Positions 49,991 to 60,189 of a stretch of 64,000 bases of DNA are shown here, one piece after another. The notes beneath the pieces are model-generated. The model was not told where the DNA came from. It did not search any database and worked only from the letters and a program-made list of their open reading frames with translations. The stretch is from a virus. Taxonomy: Duplodnaviria; Heunggongvirae; Uroviricota; Caudoviricetes. The stretch's first letter is position 1, and every line of letters starts with the position of its first letter. Made by a program: the position numbers and the translations under genes. Where the stretch lies: the IMG/VR virus record IMGVR_UViG_3300042922_001018. One strand, given 5' to 3'.

Positions 49991-50721
49991 TGTTCTACGA
50001 GGCGCTTGCTCTTGTCCAGCCACCCGCTCGCGGGGGCGCCATACCGCAGTGGAAGCCACTGGCGGAACGAATCATGGGCAAGCACGCAGAGCTGCGTCCG
50101 TATCTCCAGTACATTGACACACCGTTCGCTATGGAACGGTTCCTGATGGATGTTGCCGGGGTCGAAGACATCGAGTTGGTCTACGGTATCGACGGGCGCG
50201 CGCTGGAAGGCGTCAAGCATCTCTATTTCCTCCTGCATCCGATGAACGAACTTCCGGCACCGGAAGGCATCGCGAACCTTCCGAAACACTTCATCTCACG
50301 AGCATACGCATTGTCGTTGGGTGTGAATGGCCCCGACCACTTCTACACCTGGCCTAGTCTCATCTCCCAGATTGAACCGGACCACATCTTCTTGAACGAC
50401 GCTGAGAAGCAGAGGGATGAGCAGAACACTCAGCTCCACGTCTTCAGTCGGCTGTTGACTGCGTACTCTCATGCGATAGCTCATGGTGGGGCTTGCAGCG
50501 AGGACCACATGGAAGCATGCTCTGAGTTCCGGAAGATTCTGAATGAGCTGGCACCGGGCAACTCGGAGACCGTTTCGCGAGCGTTGCACATCACATCGGA
50601 GATGCCGCTGGACACGGACCCCATCGCTTTCTGTGAGACCGTCCGCGAGCATGGTCTGCATGTGGCTCGGTCCGTCCATGTCGAAGGCGTCCCGCTGGAG
50701 TACGCGAGAGCAACGGTCTGA
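49990..50721 (+). CDS. Hypothetical protein, G[VI]P.EY family
   Basis: C-terminal EGVPLEYA; TGATG coupling. Confidence 0.75.
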   Translation: MFYEALALVQPPARGGAIPQWKPLAERIMGKHAELRPYLQYIDTPFAMERFLMDVAGVEDIELVYGIDGRALEGVKHLYFLLHPMNELPAPEGIANLPKHFISRAYALSLGVNGPDHFYTWPSLISQIEPDHIFLNDAEKQRDEQNTQLHVFSRLLTAYSHAIAHGGACSEDHMEACSEFRKILNELAPGNSETVSRALHITSEMPLDTDPIAFCETVREHGLHVARSVHVEGVPLEYARATV

Positions 50722-51296
50722 TGAGGAACCCGTTCGCGACGGTCCGCCTCCGCGCGCAGGACCGCCCGTGGTATGACAGGCTTCGGCACATCCATCCGGA
50801 GCTGAACCTGAACACGAGTCGGCGCGAGTTCCGTTCCCTCACGCTCGTAGAAGAGCATGTCATGGCGGCGAAGAGTCTGACGCGGGCGGAAGCCTACGAC
50901 CTGCATCCGGATGTCCTCGACGTGCTGTACGGAGAGTCAATGCCGGATGGCTTCGCAACAGCGGACAGCCGTGTCATTCTCTGGTCCCTGGCTCTGGTCC
51001 GCCTGTGGTTTGACCGCCCGCTCCTGGTGGAGTCCGGCGCGGAACGAATGACCGGCGTGGTACTGCACCATCTTCTCGAAACGGGCGGCGACCCGAAGTC
51101 GGTTGCCTTTCAAGGAGCGCTAGCTGAGCACATGGCGCCGACTTATGGGAGCAGTGCCGCCATGGTAGCCGTGTACTGTCCGGACGACATCGACCCGTTG
51201 ACGTTCGTGGCTTACGTGAAGGTGTGCGGACATGCCCACGCCGAGAACATGATTCGCCAGGGTGTCAGCTTGGAGTATGCGGCGGAGATTGTTTGA
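50721..51296 (+). CDS. Hypothetical protein, G[VI]P.EY family
   Basis: C-terminal QGVSLEYA. Confidence 0.75.
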   Translation: MRNPFATVRLRAQDRPWYDRLRHIHPELNLNTSRREFRSLTLVEEHVMAAKSLTRAEAYDLHPDVLDVLYGESMPDGFATADSRVILWSLALVRLWFDRPLLVESGAERMTGVVLHHLLETGGDPKSVAFQGALAEHMAPTYGSSAAMVAVYCPDDIDPLTFVAYVKVCGHAHAENMIRQGVSLEYAAEIV

Positions 51297-51327
51297 CGCG
51301 TCGGCGTCGCTACGCTAAGCTGTTCTC

Positions 51328-51903
51328 ATGACGAACTTCCGCATGCACAAGGCGCTCTCCTGGCTGAAAGACGCTGAAGTGCATCTGGTGACGGTTCACG
51401 GGTCACACCTGTATGGCCTGGCGCACGCAGACTCGGACAACGACATGTACACGGTCGCTGACCTCCCGATGTACCGCCCCGTTCAGTCGGTGGACGGTGA
51501 CGATGACAACACCATCGTCCCGCTCGATGCATTCTTCGACGCGTGCTGGCATGGACAGCCGAAAGCGCTCGAAGCGCTGTGGTCGCCGACGGCCGTGAAG
51601 AGTCCGCTGCTGGTAGAGTTCTCGCGTACGTTCCGTGTGGGTTCAGGGACGGCGCAGGACTCCTTCCGCCGCACGCGTGAGCATCTGTTCCGGGGTGAGA
51701 ACATCAACAAGATGAAGAGCCGTCGTCACGCTCTTCGGCTGGCGGTCCAGCTCCGGTCCATCATGGAGACCGGCCGTTTCAATCCGGTGCTGAACGACCA
51801 CACGAAGTTCTTGCTGACTCGTGTCGCAACTCGATACGACACACAGGAGACGTTCATCCCCGTGATGAACGCATGGTTCGACTGGGCTTCAGACGTTCAC
51901 TGA
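51328..51903 (+). CDS. Pol-beta superfamily nucleotidyltransferase (RlaP/NrdC.11-like)
   Basis: GSHLYGL...DSDND motif. Confidence 0.85.
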   Translation: MTNFRMHKALSWLKDAEVHLVTVHGSHLYGLAHADSDNDMYTVADLPMYRPVQSVDGDDDNTIVPLDAFFDACWHGQPKALEALWSPTAVKSPLLVEFSRTFRVGSGTAQDSFRRTREHLFRGENINKMKSRRHALRLAVQLRSIMETGRFNPVLNDHTKFLLTRVATRYDTQETFIPVMNAWFDWASDVH

Positions 51904-53147
51904 ACTCGGCTCGGCGCGTTCCCGCTGCCCGGCCAGGTGACGTTCTTCTCCAGCTCGCGAGCTTCCCTCGTCATGTACTCGCGCATTCCCCGTCGCTGCA
52001 TGACTGTGTGCACGATAGCTCGGTCCGCTTCGATGAGTTCCTTCATCTTCGCTATCCTGGTCGTCTTCTCTTCGAGCTTCTTCGCGTCGAAAGAGATACC
52101 GAGAGGGGTGTCGAGCGCGCTGGTCAACGCATGCGCGAGGGCTGGAGGAGTCGCCGGGTCGGCAAGAGCTTCGTTGGCTGCGGCAACTGCTTCGGTGGCT
52201 TGGACAGCCTTGACGTACCCTTCCCATTCACGGTGGGGGTTGCTGTACTTGTCGTAGTACCAGACGTTCGTGCTCGCCGCTGAAGTCTGGTCGAGGTCAC
52301 CGTTCAACACGGCGAGCTTCGCATCGAGAGCATCGAGATGCTCCTGGCTGGGAAGTCCGCGGGTCTGGAGTCCGGAGGGGAGCCGGTTGTTGTCCTTCAA
52401 CAAGTCCTCATGGCCGAGCTTCTTGGTCTGCTCGCGCAGCTCTGTGATGCGTTCGACTGTGACCGGGTTCCGAGGGAACACTACCCACGGAGCCGTGTGA
52501 CCTTCGGCGATAGATTTCTGAAGGTTCCGCGCCTGCTCCTGGTTCCGCGCCTGAGCCGAAGTCTCGAACAGCGCTTGGGCTGCGTCACGGTCCACCTTGA
52601 AGGCGAAGTTCGCGTAGGTACTGTCTAACGTGTTGTCTTCATCCACAATGAAAGCGGGATGCTTTTGTAGGTTCTCTACAACGGCGGCAAGACAATCGGA
52701 GTCGTGATTGTCCCCATCGTCACAGTAGCAGTACCGGCCACCGGCTCCATTGCGCGTGTGGACCATGGCAACGGGAGTACGGCCGGTCCAGCTATCTCCT
52801 GCACGCACGGTTGGCCACTTTTCAAGCGGCTTACCAAGGTCGGGCCAGGCTAGCCACGGACCGCTTTCGAGGCGACCGAAGTCCAACTTCAGCTCGTTGT
52901 TGAGATGGTCTTCCATAGTCGTGAGCTGACGCTCACCCAGTGACTCGAACTTCTCCGTCCACCGCCCGATGATGCTCTGCCCTTCATGGTCGAGCGGTAC
53001 GTCATCCACGGTGAGGCCGTATCGCTCCAGTGCAGCCACCAGTTCGGGGGCCGCGGTAGACACGAGTGTTACCTCGGCGGCGGCGCCGGTTCTCTCTGAG
53101 AACCTCCCGGCGGTGTCACGCAGGACAGCAGTCTCGTCGAAGGGCAT
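51897..53147 (-). CDS. Tagged protein (MPFDETAVLRDTAGRFSERTGAAAEVTL) with a H..CxC...H..C motif
   Basis: Start re-assigned to ATG 53147, 8 nt after CCGCCTACA. Confidence 0.85.
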   Translation of the reverse strand: MPFDETAVLRDTAGRFSERTGAAAEVTLVSTAAPELVAALERYGLTVDDVPLDHEGQSIIGRWTEKFESLGERQLTTMEDHLNNELKLDFGRLESGPWLAWPDLGKPLEKWPTVRAGDSWTGRTPVAMVHTRNGAGGRYCYCDDGDNHDSDCLAAVVENLQKHPAFIVDEDNTLDSTYANFAFKVDRDAAQALFETSAQARNQEQARNLQKSIAEGHTAPWVVFPRNPVTVERITELREQTKKLGHEDLLKDNNRLPSGLQTRGLPSQEHLDALDAKLAVLNGDLDQTSAASTNVWYYDKYSNPHREWEGYVKAVQATEAVAAANEALADPATPPALAHALTSALDTPLGISFDAKKLEEKTTRIAKMKELIEADRAIVHTVMQRRGMREYMTREARELEKNVTWPGSGNAPSRVQ

Positions 53148-53155
53148 GTCTCGAT

Positions 53156-53164
53156 TGTAGGCGG
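53156..53164 (-). promoter_or_regulatory. CCGCCTACA-N8-ATG motif
   Basis: 8 nt upstream of ATG 53147. Confidence 0.75.
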
Positions 53165-53201
53165 ACTTGACGCGTTGCACAAGCCCGAGTAGACTCATGG
53201 C

Positions 53202-53600
53202 ATGGATGACCGCAGGAACTACCTCGACCTCCCCGAGAACCCGACGTTCAAGGAGGCGCTCGATTACGCGCTCGCCGACATGTTCCGGGGGCCGGAATCC
53301 GCGTTCCCAGTGTATCCGGATGCCGAGCGTTCTACGCACCCGATGTGGAAGGACTGGGATGAGGTGTCCCGGTACCTTCACGCGGTTCGCGACGGCGAGG
53401 ATGTGTCGGGGTACGAAATCGTGAAGGTCTTCTCAGTGAAGACTGTGGACTGGACCGAGTTCCTCGACACGGTGGCAGGCAACTCCGACCACGATGGCCT
53501 CGTTGCGGAGGTGGAGCGCGCCGACGGGTGGACCGGTCGCTACTGCATCGAAATCTCGTTGGCCAAGGCCATCAGCGCGTTGCAGGAGACACTCCGATGA
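53202..53600 (+). CDS. Hypothetical protein
   Basis: TTGACG-17-TAGACT promoter with ATG 6 nt downstream. Confidence 0.75.
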   Translation: MDDRRNYLDLPENPTFKEALDYALADMFRGPESAFPVYPDAERSTHPMWKDWDEVSRYLHAVRDGEDVSGYEIVKVFSVKTVDWTEFLDTVAGNSDHDGLVAEVERADGWTGRYCIEISLAKAISALQETLR

Positions 53601-53782
53601 GCGGGTCGGTGATGGCTCGCTCGGTGGGCTTGGAGACATGGCCGTATTGCTCGACCGTACAGTGCATGGAATGTAGCGCGATGCGCGCGGCGGGCATGCC
53701 TGCGTCGCCGGTTACTCCACGTCTTCCGCTCCGTGTACGCCTGCGCCTTGCGTTCGAGCGATTCTCTCGCTAGACTGCTGCC

Positions 53783-54052
53783 ATGATGTACGGCAAGCAG
53801 CTCATGGACGCGTTCGACGCCGAACGTCGGGACTTCCTTCGTCGTGACGAGTTCGCGGCGGCTGAGGTGATGAGCAACATGGAGAGCGCGGTGAACAACG
53901 TCATGCACGGACGCCCCGCTCAGGAGATTCATGACTACGCCGTTGACCACATCGGCCGCGTGCTCGGCGATGGCCGTATCGCGCTCTACCGTGCCGAGAG
54001 GGACGCGTACAAGTACGCCCTCGATGTCATCGACTCGGTGCCGGTGCCGTAG
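53783..54052 (+). CDS. Hypothetical protein
   Basis: TAGACT-N6-ATG leaderless start. Confidence 0.7.
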   Translation: MMYGKQLMDAFDAERRDFLRRDEFAAAEVMSNMESAVNNVMHGRPAQEIHDYAVDHIGRVLGDGRIALYRAERDAYKYALDVIDSVPVP

Positions 54053-54060
54053 ACCGGTCG

Positions 54061-54288
54061 TTACTGCGTTGCAGCGACGCGCACAACCCCGGTGGGAAGT
54101 GTAGCGTTGGTCCGCAGCTCGCGCTTCAGCGCGCGCGTGATACGGCGTGCGAGCACCTCGCCTTCCATGCGGTCGGCTGCGTGTCCGATAGCCCGGACAG
54201 CGCCGTTCACTCGTACGACAGCGCGGTAGCCGCCGTCGTAGAGTCCGTAGACGAGGGAGGTGAATGTGGGTCGTGGTGTTCTAGCCAT
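54061..54288 (-). CDS. Small basic hypothetical protein
   Basis: TACACT-N6-ATG. Confidence 0.6.
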   Translation of the reverse strand: MARTPRPTFTSLVYGLYDGGYRAVVRVNGAVRAIGHAADRMEGEVLARRITRALKRELRTNATLPTGVVRVAATQ

Positions 54289-54458
54289 CAGGCTAGTGTA
54301 CCACCGCGGTCATCACTCGCGAGCTTCTCCCAGATAGGCATACCACCTTCGTTCTCCCAGCCGAGTTCATCGTCAGCCGCAAGCACTCCTGCGGTCGGGC
54401 TGACCTTCGAGTCGTCCGGCTCTTCGGGATGGCGCTGGTTCTCTGCCATGCCTCCAGT

Positions 54459-54653
54459 CTACACCCGGAGGAAGATGCCCTTGCGCGCGAGCCGGACGAG
54501 CTTCCGGGCGCGGAGCTGCGCAAGCCAGAGCCACGACGCATAGGTCGTGGCTACCACGGAGCCGTTGGCGGTGTCGATGAGCTGGATGACGTAGTCGTCG
54601 TTGATGTAGCTACCGAACCCGATGGCGGTGGTGTACTGCGGAGAGGTTCCCAT
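54459..54653 (-). CDS. Small hypothetical protein
   Basis: TAGAGT-gagggt-ATG. Confidence 0.6.
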   Translation of the reverse strand: MGTSPQYTTAIGFGSYINDDYVIQLIDTANGSVVATTYASWLWLAQLRARKLVRLARKGIFLRV

Positions 54654-54839
54654 ACCCTCACTCTAGCAAGTGTTGCGCGATGTCGCAAGCCTGTGATACA
54701 GTGGCACCATGAACAAGTTCTACTAGGTCATCCCTTACCTGGATTCCGGGTGATGCAAACCGTACCACGCTAACCGTAGCTGTACACAGTTTGTTCCAAT
54801 CACCCATAGCCAATCGGCACCAGACAAAAGGAATCCATC

Positions 54840-55439
54840 ATGACCACGTTCACCCGCACCTCCCGCCTCGACAAGCGCGACGCTCACCTCATCGCGAAGC
54901 ACGGCGATGACATCAAGTCTCTCCTCGTAGAGATGCGCGAGCACTCCGCCCGCGCTCCCTTCGACCCGGCCACTGCTTCGTTCGATGAGATGAAGCTTCG
55001 CTTCAACACCATCACTGCGTACGCCGACTCGGTGCTCTCGAAGTTCCCGTACGCTCAGCGTGCCTTCTTCCCGCACAACCTCTCTGGCGTCCCCATCGCG
55101 TTCATTCCGGCTGACTCTCAGTTCATCGAAGTGGTGCTCCGCAAGCGCCCGCACCGCTACGGTGTCAAGCCCGCGGAGACCCCGTACGAGTACCACTCGG
55201 TGCTGCTCCCCGCAGAGCTGTTCGGCGGTCGTATCGGCGCCATCACCAGCTACACGCGGACGACCCTGCGGTCCAACCGTGACGACCAGGCTCGGAAGGA
55301 CCGGGAGGCCGCTGAAGCTGAGCAGAAGCGCCTCGTGGCCGAGCGGGACAAGCTGGACAAGGACATCGCTGCGGCCGAGAAGAAGCTCGAAGCCATGCGT
55401 GAGAAGAAGGAGAAGCTCCCGGTCCCTGCGACGGCGTGA
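54840..55439 (+). CDS. Hypothetical protein with a C-terminal coiled coil
   Basis: AAAGGA SD; strong codon bias. Confidence 0.8.
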   Translation: MTTFTRTSRLDKRDAHLIAKHGDDIKSLLVEMREHSARAPFDPATASFDEMKLRFNTITAYADSVLSKFPYAQRAFFPHNLSGVPIAFIPADSQFIEVVLRKRPHRYGVKPAETPYEYHSVLLPAELFGGRIGAITSYTRTTLRSNRDDQARKDREAAEAEQKRLVAERDKLDKDIAAAEKKLEAMREKKEKLPVPATA

Positions 55440-55490
55440 TGATGTGATGGGTGAACCGTGCGAGTCACATACGGTTCACCCATCACATCA
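55440..55490. terminator. Bidirectional hairpin between convergent genes
   Basis: 20-bp perfect inverted repeat TGATGTGATGGGTGAACCGT/ACGGTTCACCCATCACATCA. Confidence 0.8.
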
Positions 55491-56012
55491 CTCCGATAGG
55501 GAAGATGCTATCGCGTATTCAATCGCGACCCCATTGGCGTGATATTCCTGGATGTCGCTCTCATAAAGCCCCGCGCGGATTAGAGCGGCCGCGTATTCGA
55601 CAGGCACACCCGCGGTATGCAATCTCTCAGAAACTTCTACAGGTGCCGGAAAGCTTGGACCGCCCTCTTCCATCAGGTGCAAGGCATGTGCAGTGTTCAC
55701 CGCGCCGATGTACTCGGGCGGCGTAGAAGATGCCATTGCATACTGGAAGTCTACGTCATCGCCCATGTGAACAGCTAGCGTGACTGCCGCAACCCTCTCT
55801 GGCGTGAACCCATGTTCGTAGGCGTGCTTATATGACCCCGCCCCGTCTCGATGGTCTCCGCCTCCGCTTGAAAGCTGTTCTACTGCGCCCTCGCGCAGTA
55901 GACTCCAGGAGGGAAGGTCTTCTTCGTTCTGTGGCCCGAAGTTATCGGACCACATCCTTTCTTCGGCGCCTCGGGCGTCCCGTAACCACGCGGAGAAAGG
56001 AATCGTGCTCAT
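55488..56012 (-). CDS. Hypothetical protein, G[VI]P.EY-repeat family
   Basis: STPPEY, AGVPVEY, NGVAIEY. Confidence 0.8.
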   Translation of the reverse strand: MSTIPFSAWLRDARGAEERMWSDNFGPQNEEDLPSWSLLREGAVEQLSSGGGDHRDGAGSYKHAYEHGFTPERVAAVTLAVHMGDDVDFQYAMASSTPPEYIGAVNTAHALHLMEEGGPSFPAPVEVSERLHTAGVPVEYAAALIRAGLYESDIQEYHANGVAIEYAIASSLSE

Positions 56013-56057
56013 ATCCCGATGTTACCAGCAGCGTACAGCTCTGGTGATTGAAGCTGG

Positions 56058-56591
56058 TCAGTCTTCCATCACCAGCTCTACCGCGAACTCGGCAGCGATG
56101 CCCTGCGTGAACACGTCGATGATGCGCCCCGATACCGGGCCGTACGCCCGCAATAGCACTGCTGCGTACTCCGCGGGTACTCCCGCCGAATGAAGGCTCT
56201 TAGTCGCGAACGTCGGGTACGGGCTAGGGCTGAACCCTTCCTGTATGAGCCTGTCCTGGTAGGCATCATTCACTGTGCGCTGATACGTTGCGGGGATACC
56301 GCTTTCGATAGCGCGGAGAAGGTCGCCATCATTACCTTTCCAGACGGCTCGGGACAGCTCTGCCATCTCCTGTGAGCGGATGCCCAGGTCGAACGCACGA
56401 TGGTAGTGCTTGGCTGCGGTGCTGTGAGGCCAGAGCTGACGTGCATCGAGGTAGTTGTCCCAGTCGGCCAGGCTCCACTTCGGGCGCTGGAAGATGTTGT
56501 GACCTACCTCGCGGTACCAGAGCGCTTTCTCGGCCTCGGACACGAGCGTTGCCCATCGGGCGATAGCGGCTTCTCGCTCCTTCAAGTCCAT
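56058..56591 (-). CDS. Hypothetical protein, G[VI]P.EY-repeat family; paralog of the previous gene
   Basis: SGIPATY, AGVPAEY, QGIAAEF. Confidence 0.8.
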   Translation of the reverse strand: MDLKEREAAIARWATLVSEAEKALWYREVGHNIFQRPKWSLADWDNYLDARQLWPHSTAAKHYHRAFDLGIRSQEMAELSRAVWKGNDGDLLRAIESGIPATYQRTVNDAYQDRLIQEGFSPSPYPTFATKSLHSAGVPAEYAAVLLRAYGPVSGRIIDVFTQGIAAEFAVELVMED

Positions 56592-56592
56592 G

Positions 56593-57030
56593 TCAAGTCT
56601 CGATGACGTTCAGCGCTTCGCGCAGCATCCGGAGTTGGTCTTCTGTGGCTTCGACCGGCGCTTTCGTCTTGTCGTAGAACTGACGCGACGGAATAACGCC
56701 TCGTACACCTCCACGAGGGTCTGCTACGTCCCCTGGGCGCCGTGGGATGAAGTGCCCGTGTGCGTGCATGATGGTCTGCCCGGCAGCGGGTCCACAGTTC
56801 CAGCCGATGTTGAAGTCGGTGACTCCGGCGGCGCGATGAGCGCGAGCGAGAGCGTCGAAGACGCGATGGGTGTCGTATCGCTCCTCTTCGCTCAGTTCGA
56901 AGTAGTCGGAGCGGTGCTCGACGGGGATGACAAGCACGTGTCCAGGTGCGACAGCATACCCGTCGAAGACGACGTAGACGGAGCCGAAGCGCTCTCCCGT
57001 GACGTTGCAGAAACGGCAGTCAGTGCTCAT
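56593..57030 (-). CDS. HIT family hydrolase
   Basis: CRFC, PGHVLVIP, AGQTIMHAHGHFIPR, PRGGVRGVIP. Confidence 0.93.
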   Translation of the reverse strand: MSTDCRFCNVTGERFGSVYVVFDGYAVAPGHVLVIPVEHRSDYFELSEEERYDTHRVFDALARAHRAAGVTDFNIGWNCGPAAGQTIMHAHGHFIPRRPGDVADPRGGVRGVIPSRQFYDKTKAPVEATEDQLRMLREALNVIET

Positions 57031-57042
57031 GCGCTCGCCAGT

Positions 57043-57297
57043 TCAGGAGAGGACCGCTGCGACTTGGAAGGCAGCGGTCAGCAGGAACAGCGCCAGGGCG
57101 CCAATGAAGATGAGCCGGTTGGAGGCATCCGGGTATCGACGCAACATGATGAAGCTGGTCACCGTGAACACTGTCAGGCCGATAAGGACGGAGTACAGAG
57201 GGGCGCCGATGAGTGCCATGATGATGGTGCCGACGGCCGAGCCTAGCTGTACCCAGTAGAGACCGGGGACGCGCGGCTTCTCGTTCTGCTTCTGCAT
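57043..57297 (-). CDS. Small membrane protein
   Basis: Hydrophobic 84-aa ORF. Confidence 0.7.
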   Translation of the reverse strand: MQKQNEKPRVPGLYWVQLGSAVGTIIMALIGAPLYSVLIGLTVFTVTSFIMLRRYPDASNRLIFIGALALFLLTAAFQVAAVLS

Positions 57298-57335
57298 AGC
57301 CTCAGCGTATCACATGAGCGCGAGGCTCAGCCGAA

Positions 57336-57863
57336 TCACGATTCGGTGTCGTACCAGCTCTCGATGTGGAAGAGCAGCGGGCCGTCGATACTGGGGACGA
57401 TGAAGCTCTCGTAGTCCTCGTGCCAGATGATGCGGCGTCGGTCGCTATACGGCAGCTCCACATCGGCGTAGTGATACGTGATGACCACGCGCGGGACGTG
57501 CTCACCGCTGGACCACCGGACCGGTCCTTCTTCATCATCGTCCACGTAAGCGGTGTGGTCGAGCGCCTCTTCGTCGTCGCGCGGGATGCCGCGGAACAGC
57601 TCTACTCGTTCCCACCCGAGTGGGTGGGCCTTCAGCGTGCGGTCTTCTTCGTTGGGCAACGGGTCATCGTCCCGGTCGAAGACGAGGGTGATTTCCCAGT
57701 GGTCGGGGTTGAAGTCCAGACTGAACGTCGGCGTATAGATGTAGAGGTAGCCTTCGGCGTTTATCTCCACATGCCCAACGTCCTCGTGCCCCGCGAGCCG
57801 GGGGAGTCCGATGGCCTTGCGGCGGGGGACTTTCGGCAGGCGGGGCACGAGGTCGTAGAACAC
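57336..57863 (-). CDS. Hypothetical protein
   Basis: Probable GTG start just after the upstream stop, with GAGGAG SD. Confidence 0.65.
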   Translation of the reverse strand: MFYDLVPRLPKVPRRKAIGLPRLAGHEDVGHVEINAEGYLYIYTPTFSLDFNPDHWEITLVFDRDDDPLPNEEDRTLKAHPLGWERVELFRGIPRDDEEALDHTAYVDDDEEGPVRWSSGEHVPRVVITYHYADVELPYSDRRRIIWHEDYESFIVPSIDGPLLFHIESWYDTES

Positions 57864-57870
57864 GAAGCGC

Positions 57871-58539
57871 TTACTCCTCGGTGTCGTCGAGCGGCTTGAT
57901 GATGGGTTCCTGCGTGCCGCTGTCGTAGATGTCCTCGACCTCGGGGGTCGTGATGATACGCGAGGCGCGGTCGAGGGCTGCCTGACCGGTGTAGGTCTCC
58001 CCACCCTCTTCGATGACCATGAGGTCGGTGGGGGTGCCGCCGACGAAGGTGTCGAGCACGAACGAGCGGAACAGGTCAGCGGTCGTCCACGTCTTGTACT
58101 CAGCGACCATGTCAATGAGCTTCGACTGGTAGTTCTTGAAGGACGCGCGGTTCGAGATGACCTCGTCCTGTACCTTCGAGTACATCTCGGTGGTAGCGGT
58201 CAGGTCGGGGTAGGCCTCGGCGATGGCCGAGAACATGGAACCGCCCGTGCCCGGTTCCATAGCGCCGTCGTAGCGCCCCTGAATGGCGTCGGAGAGGATG
58301 TCGTTCAACTTCTCGCTCTGACGGTCAGCGATGCCGAGGGTCTCGTTGATGGTGAGGATGTTTCGCGAGAGTTCGTTCTTGTTGTCGCCGTACTGGGCGA
58401 CGATGCGGTTCTCGCGTTCGATGGCGCCCCCGCGCGCACTGTTCACGGTGCTGTAGCCGATGATGAGGGCGATGATGAGAGCGACGGCGATACCGCCGAA
58501 GATGATGAGCTTCTTGGTGCGGGGCGAGAGAGCAGCCAT
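57871..58539 (-). CDS. Membrane-anchored LemA-like helical protein
   Basis: N-terminal TM; I.EAYPDL...Y.KVQ....SNR..F. Confidence 0.65.
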   Translation of the reverse strand: MAALSPRTKKLIIFGGIAVALIIALIIGYSTVNSARGGAIERENRIVAQYGDNKNELSRNILTINETLGIADRQSEKLNDILSDAIQGRYDGAMEPGTGGSMFSAIAEAYPDLTATTEMYSKVQDEVISNRASFKNYQSKLIDMVAEYKTWTTADLFRSFVLDTFVGGTPTDLMVIEEGGETYTGQAALDRASRIITTPEVEDIYDSGTQEPIIKPLDDTEE

Positions 58540-58601
58540 GAGACTTCCTTTCATGAGGTCTGTGTGAAGAATAGCACGAGTGCGGCGTCGGCCGCAAGTT
58601 G

Positions 58602-60044
58602 TCAGTGCTTCGCGTGCCAGCGCCGGTTGAGTTCAGCGAGCGGGTCCATCCAGCCGAGCGGCTGAGGGCTGTACGAGCCGTATCCGTAGCGGCCACGCAC
58701 TGACATGGTGGGGGTGTATGCCGCCCAGAAGCCGAACGGTACGAGAAGCAGAAGGCTGAACACGGTCGCGAGGACGTAGAGGAGGGTCTGCTGCCCATCA
58801 TCCGGCTCCCAGCCCGCTCCCAGGTATTCGAAGCCCGAGCCGATGTCATCTTCATCCACGGCGTCCATACTGATACGCGCGAACTTGTTCGGACCGAACA
58901 AGGCATCCTCCAGGAGGCCGTCCGTTTTCGTGACACGTTCGGAGCCGGGCAGGAGCACCGGATGTCCGAGGAAGTTCTCGTCGATGACCTCACCTGTCAG
59001 CGTGCTCTCGATGGCGGTGGCGAGACGCTCGTTGCCGACGGGCATGCCAGTGAAAGCTCGGGTCCACTCAGCGGTGGGCTTGCCGTCCTCTGTCCCCACA
59101 CCGACGATGACGACGACTGCGTTCTTGGGAAGAGCGAACTTGCCCATCTCCGCACTCTGCCAGTACGCCATCAGGGTGAGGCCGTAACGCTCTGCTTCGC
59201 TGGAGGGGACATCGTTCTCGTCGAGGAACACGACTCGCAGGTCTCCCTGGAGTTCGCTGCCGAGCGCGGCGCTCAGGTACATGGCGTCCTGTGAAAGCTG
59301 CTTGCGCTGCTCGTCATCCAGCTTCGGGCCTCCGAGGAACTGCGACTTCTCCATCTGGTAGATGTTGTGGAGGTCTTTGCTGATGGGCATGAGAAGGCCT
59401 TCAGCCTTGTACTCGTCGATGTCGGCTGAGTAGTGCTTCAGGATGGACGACTCGGATGCGAGGAGGTAGTTCTTGTACGAGTTCTGCTTGAACACGCCGC
59501 CCGGCTCACCCGCGTCGATACGGGCCTTGGCAGCGCTCCAGACGGCCGGAGGCTCGGTGACCTGCCCGCCGGGGATGGAGCGGTCGCCGCGGTACTGAGG
59601 GCCGGTCATGAAGGTTCCGACGTGGTAGTCCCCGAGGGTCGTACTGATGGTGTACGAGGTCTCCTCGGTGGAGTACGGGCAGTCGTGGTACCGAGTCTCG
59701 CTTCGGACACGGGTCTGCGTCTTGCCGTCACCGTCGGTGTAGGTCTCGACCCACGTGTACGTGTACGGGTCGCAGTGGTATTCGTTCTGGCACGAGCCGT
59801 CGCGTTCGCAGGGCTGAGTGGAGAGCGAAGTTGCGGCTTCGTAGCCGCCCCAGAACTCCTGGAACGTCTGCTCATCGTTCTTCATGATGGTCGTCCCGAT
59901 ACCCCACGTTGCGGGGCCGACGATGGACGCCACGAGCAGTCCCGAAAGAATCGAGACTGTGAAGTTGACGAGGATGCCGCGGTGGTGGAGGAACCAGCCG
60001 ACCGCGCCAGCGACAGCACCGAAGATGAGAGCGAACCAGAGCAT
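58602..60044 (-). CDS. Membrane protein with a large extracellular domain
   Basis: 2 N-terminal TM helices, Cys-rich region, C-terminal TM; adjacent to the LemA-like gene. Confidence 0.8.
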   Translation of the reverse strand: MLWFALIFGAVAGAVGWFLHHRGILVNFTVSILSGLLVASIVGPATWGIGTTIMKNDEQTFQEFWGGYEAATSLSTQPCERDGSCQNEYHCDPYTYTWVETYTDGDGKTQTRVRSETRYHDCPYSTEETSYTISTTLGDYHVGTFMTGPQYRGDRSIPGGQVTEPPAVWSAAKARIDAGEPGGVFKQNSYKNYLLASESSILKHYSADIDEYKAEGLLMPISKDLHNIYQMEKSQFLGGPKLDDEQRKQLSQDAMYLSAALGSELQGDLRVVFLDENDVPSSEAERYGLTLMAYWQSAEMGKFALPKNAVVVIVGVGTEDGKPTAEWTRAFTGMPVGNERLATAIESTLTGEVIDENFLGHPVLLPGSERVTKTDGLLEDALFGPNKFARISMDAVDEDDIGSGFEYLGAGWEPDDGQQTLLYVLATVFSLLLLVPFGFWAAYTPTMSVRGRYGYGSYSPQPLGWMDPLAELNRRWHAKH

Positions 60045-60189
60045 GCCCTCATCCTAGGGCTTAGCGACGGCCTCTGTCAAGTCGAGGATGGGAAACGGCC
60101 ACGGTCGAACTCAGCGACCTGCAAGGCGTATCGTTTCTTCATGAGCAGAGCGAAGAGCAGACCGCTCACGGCCAGGCCTCCGAGGAGGT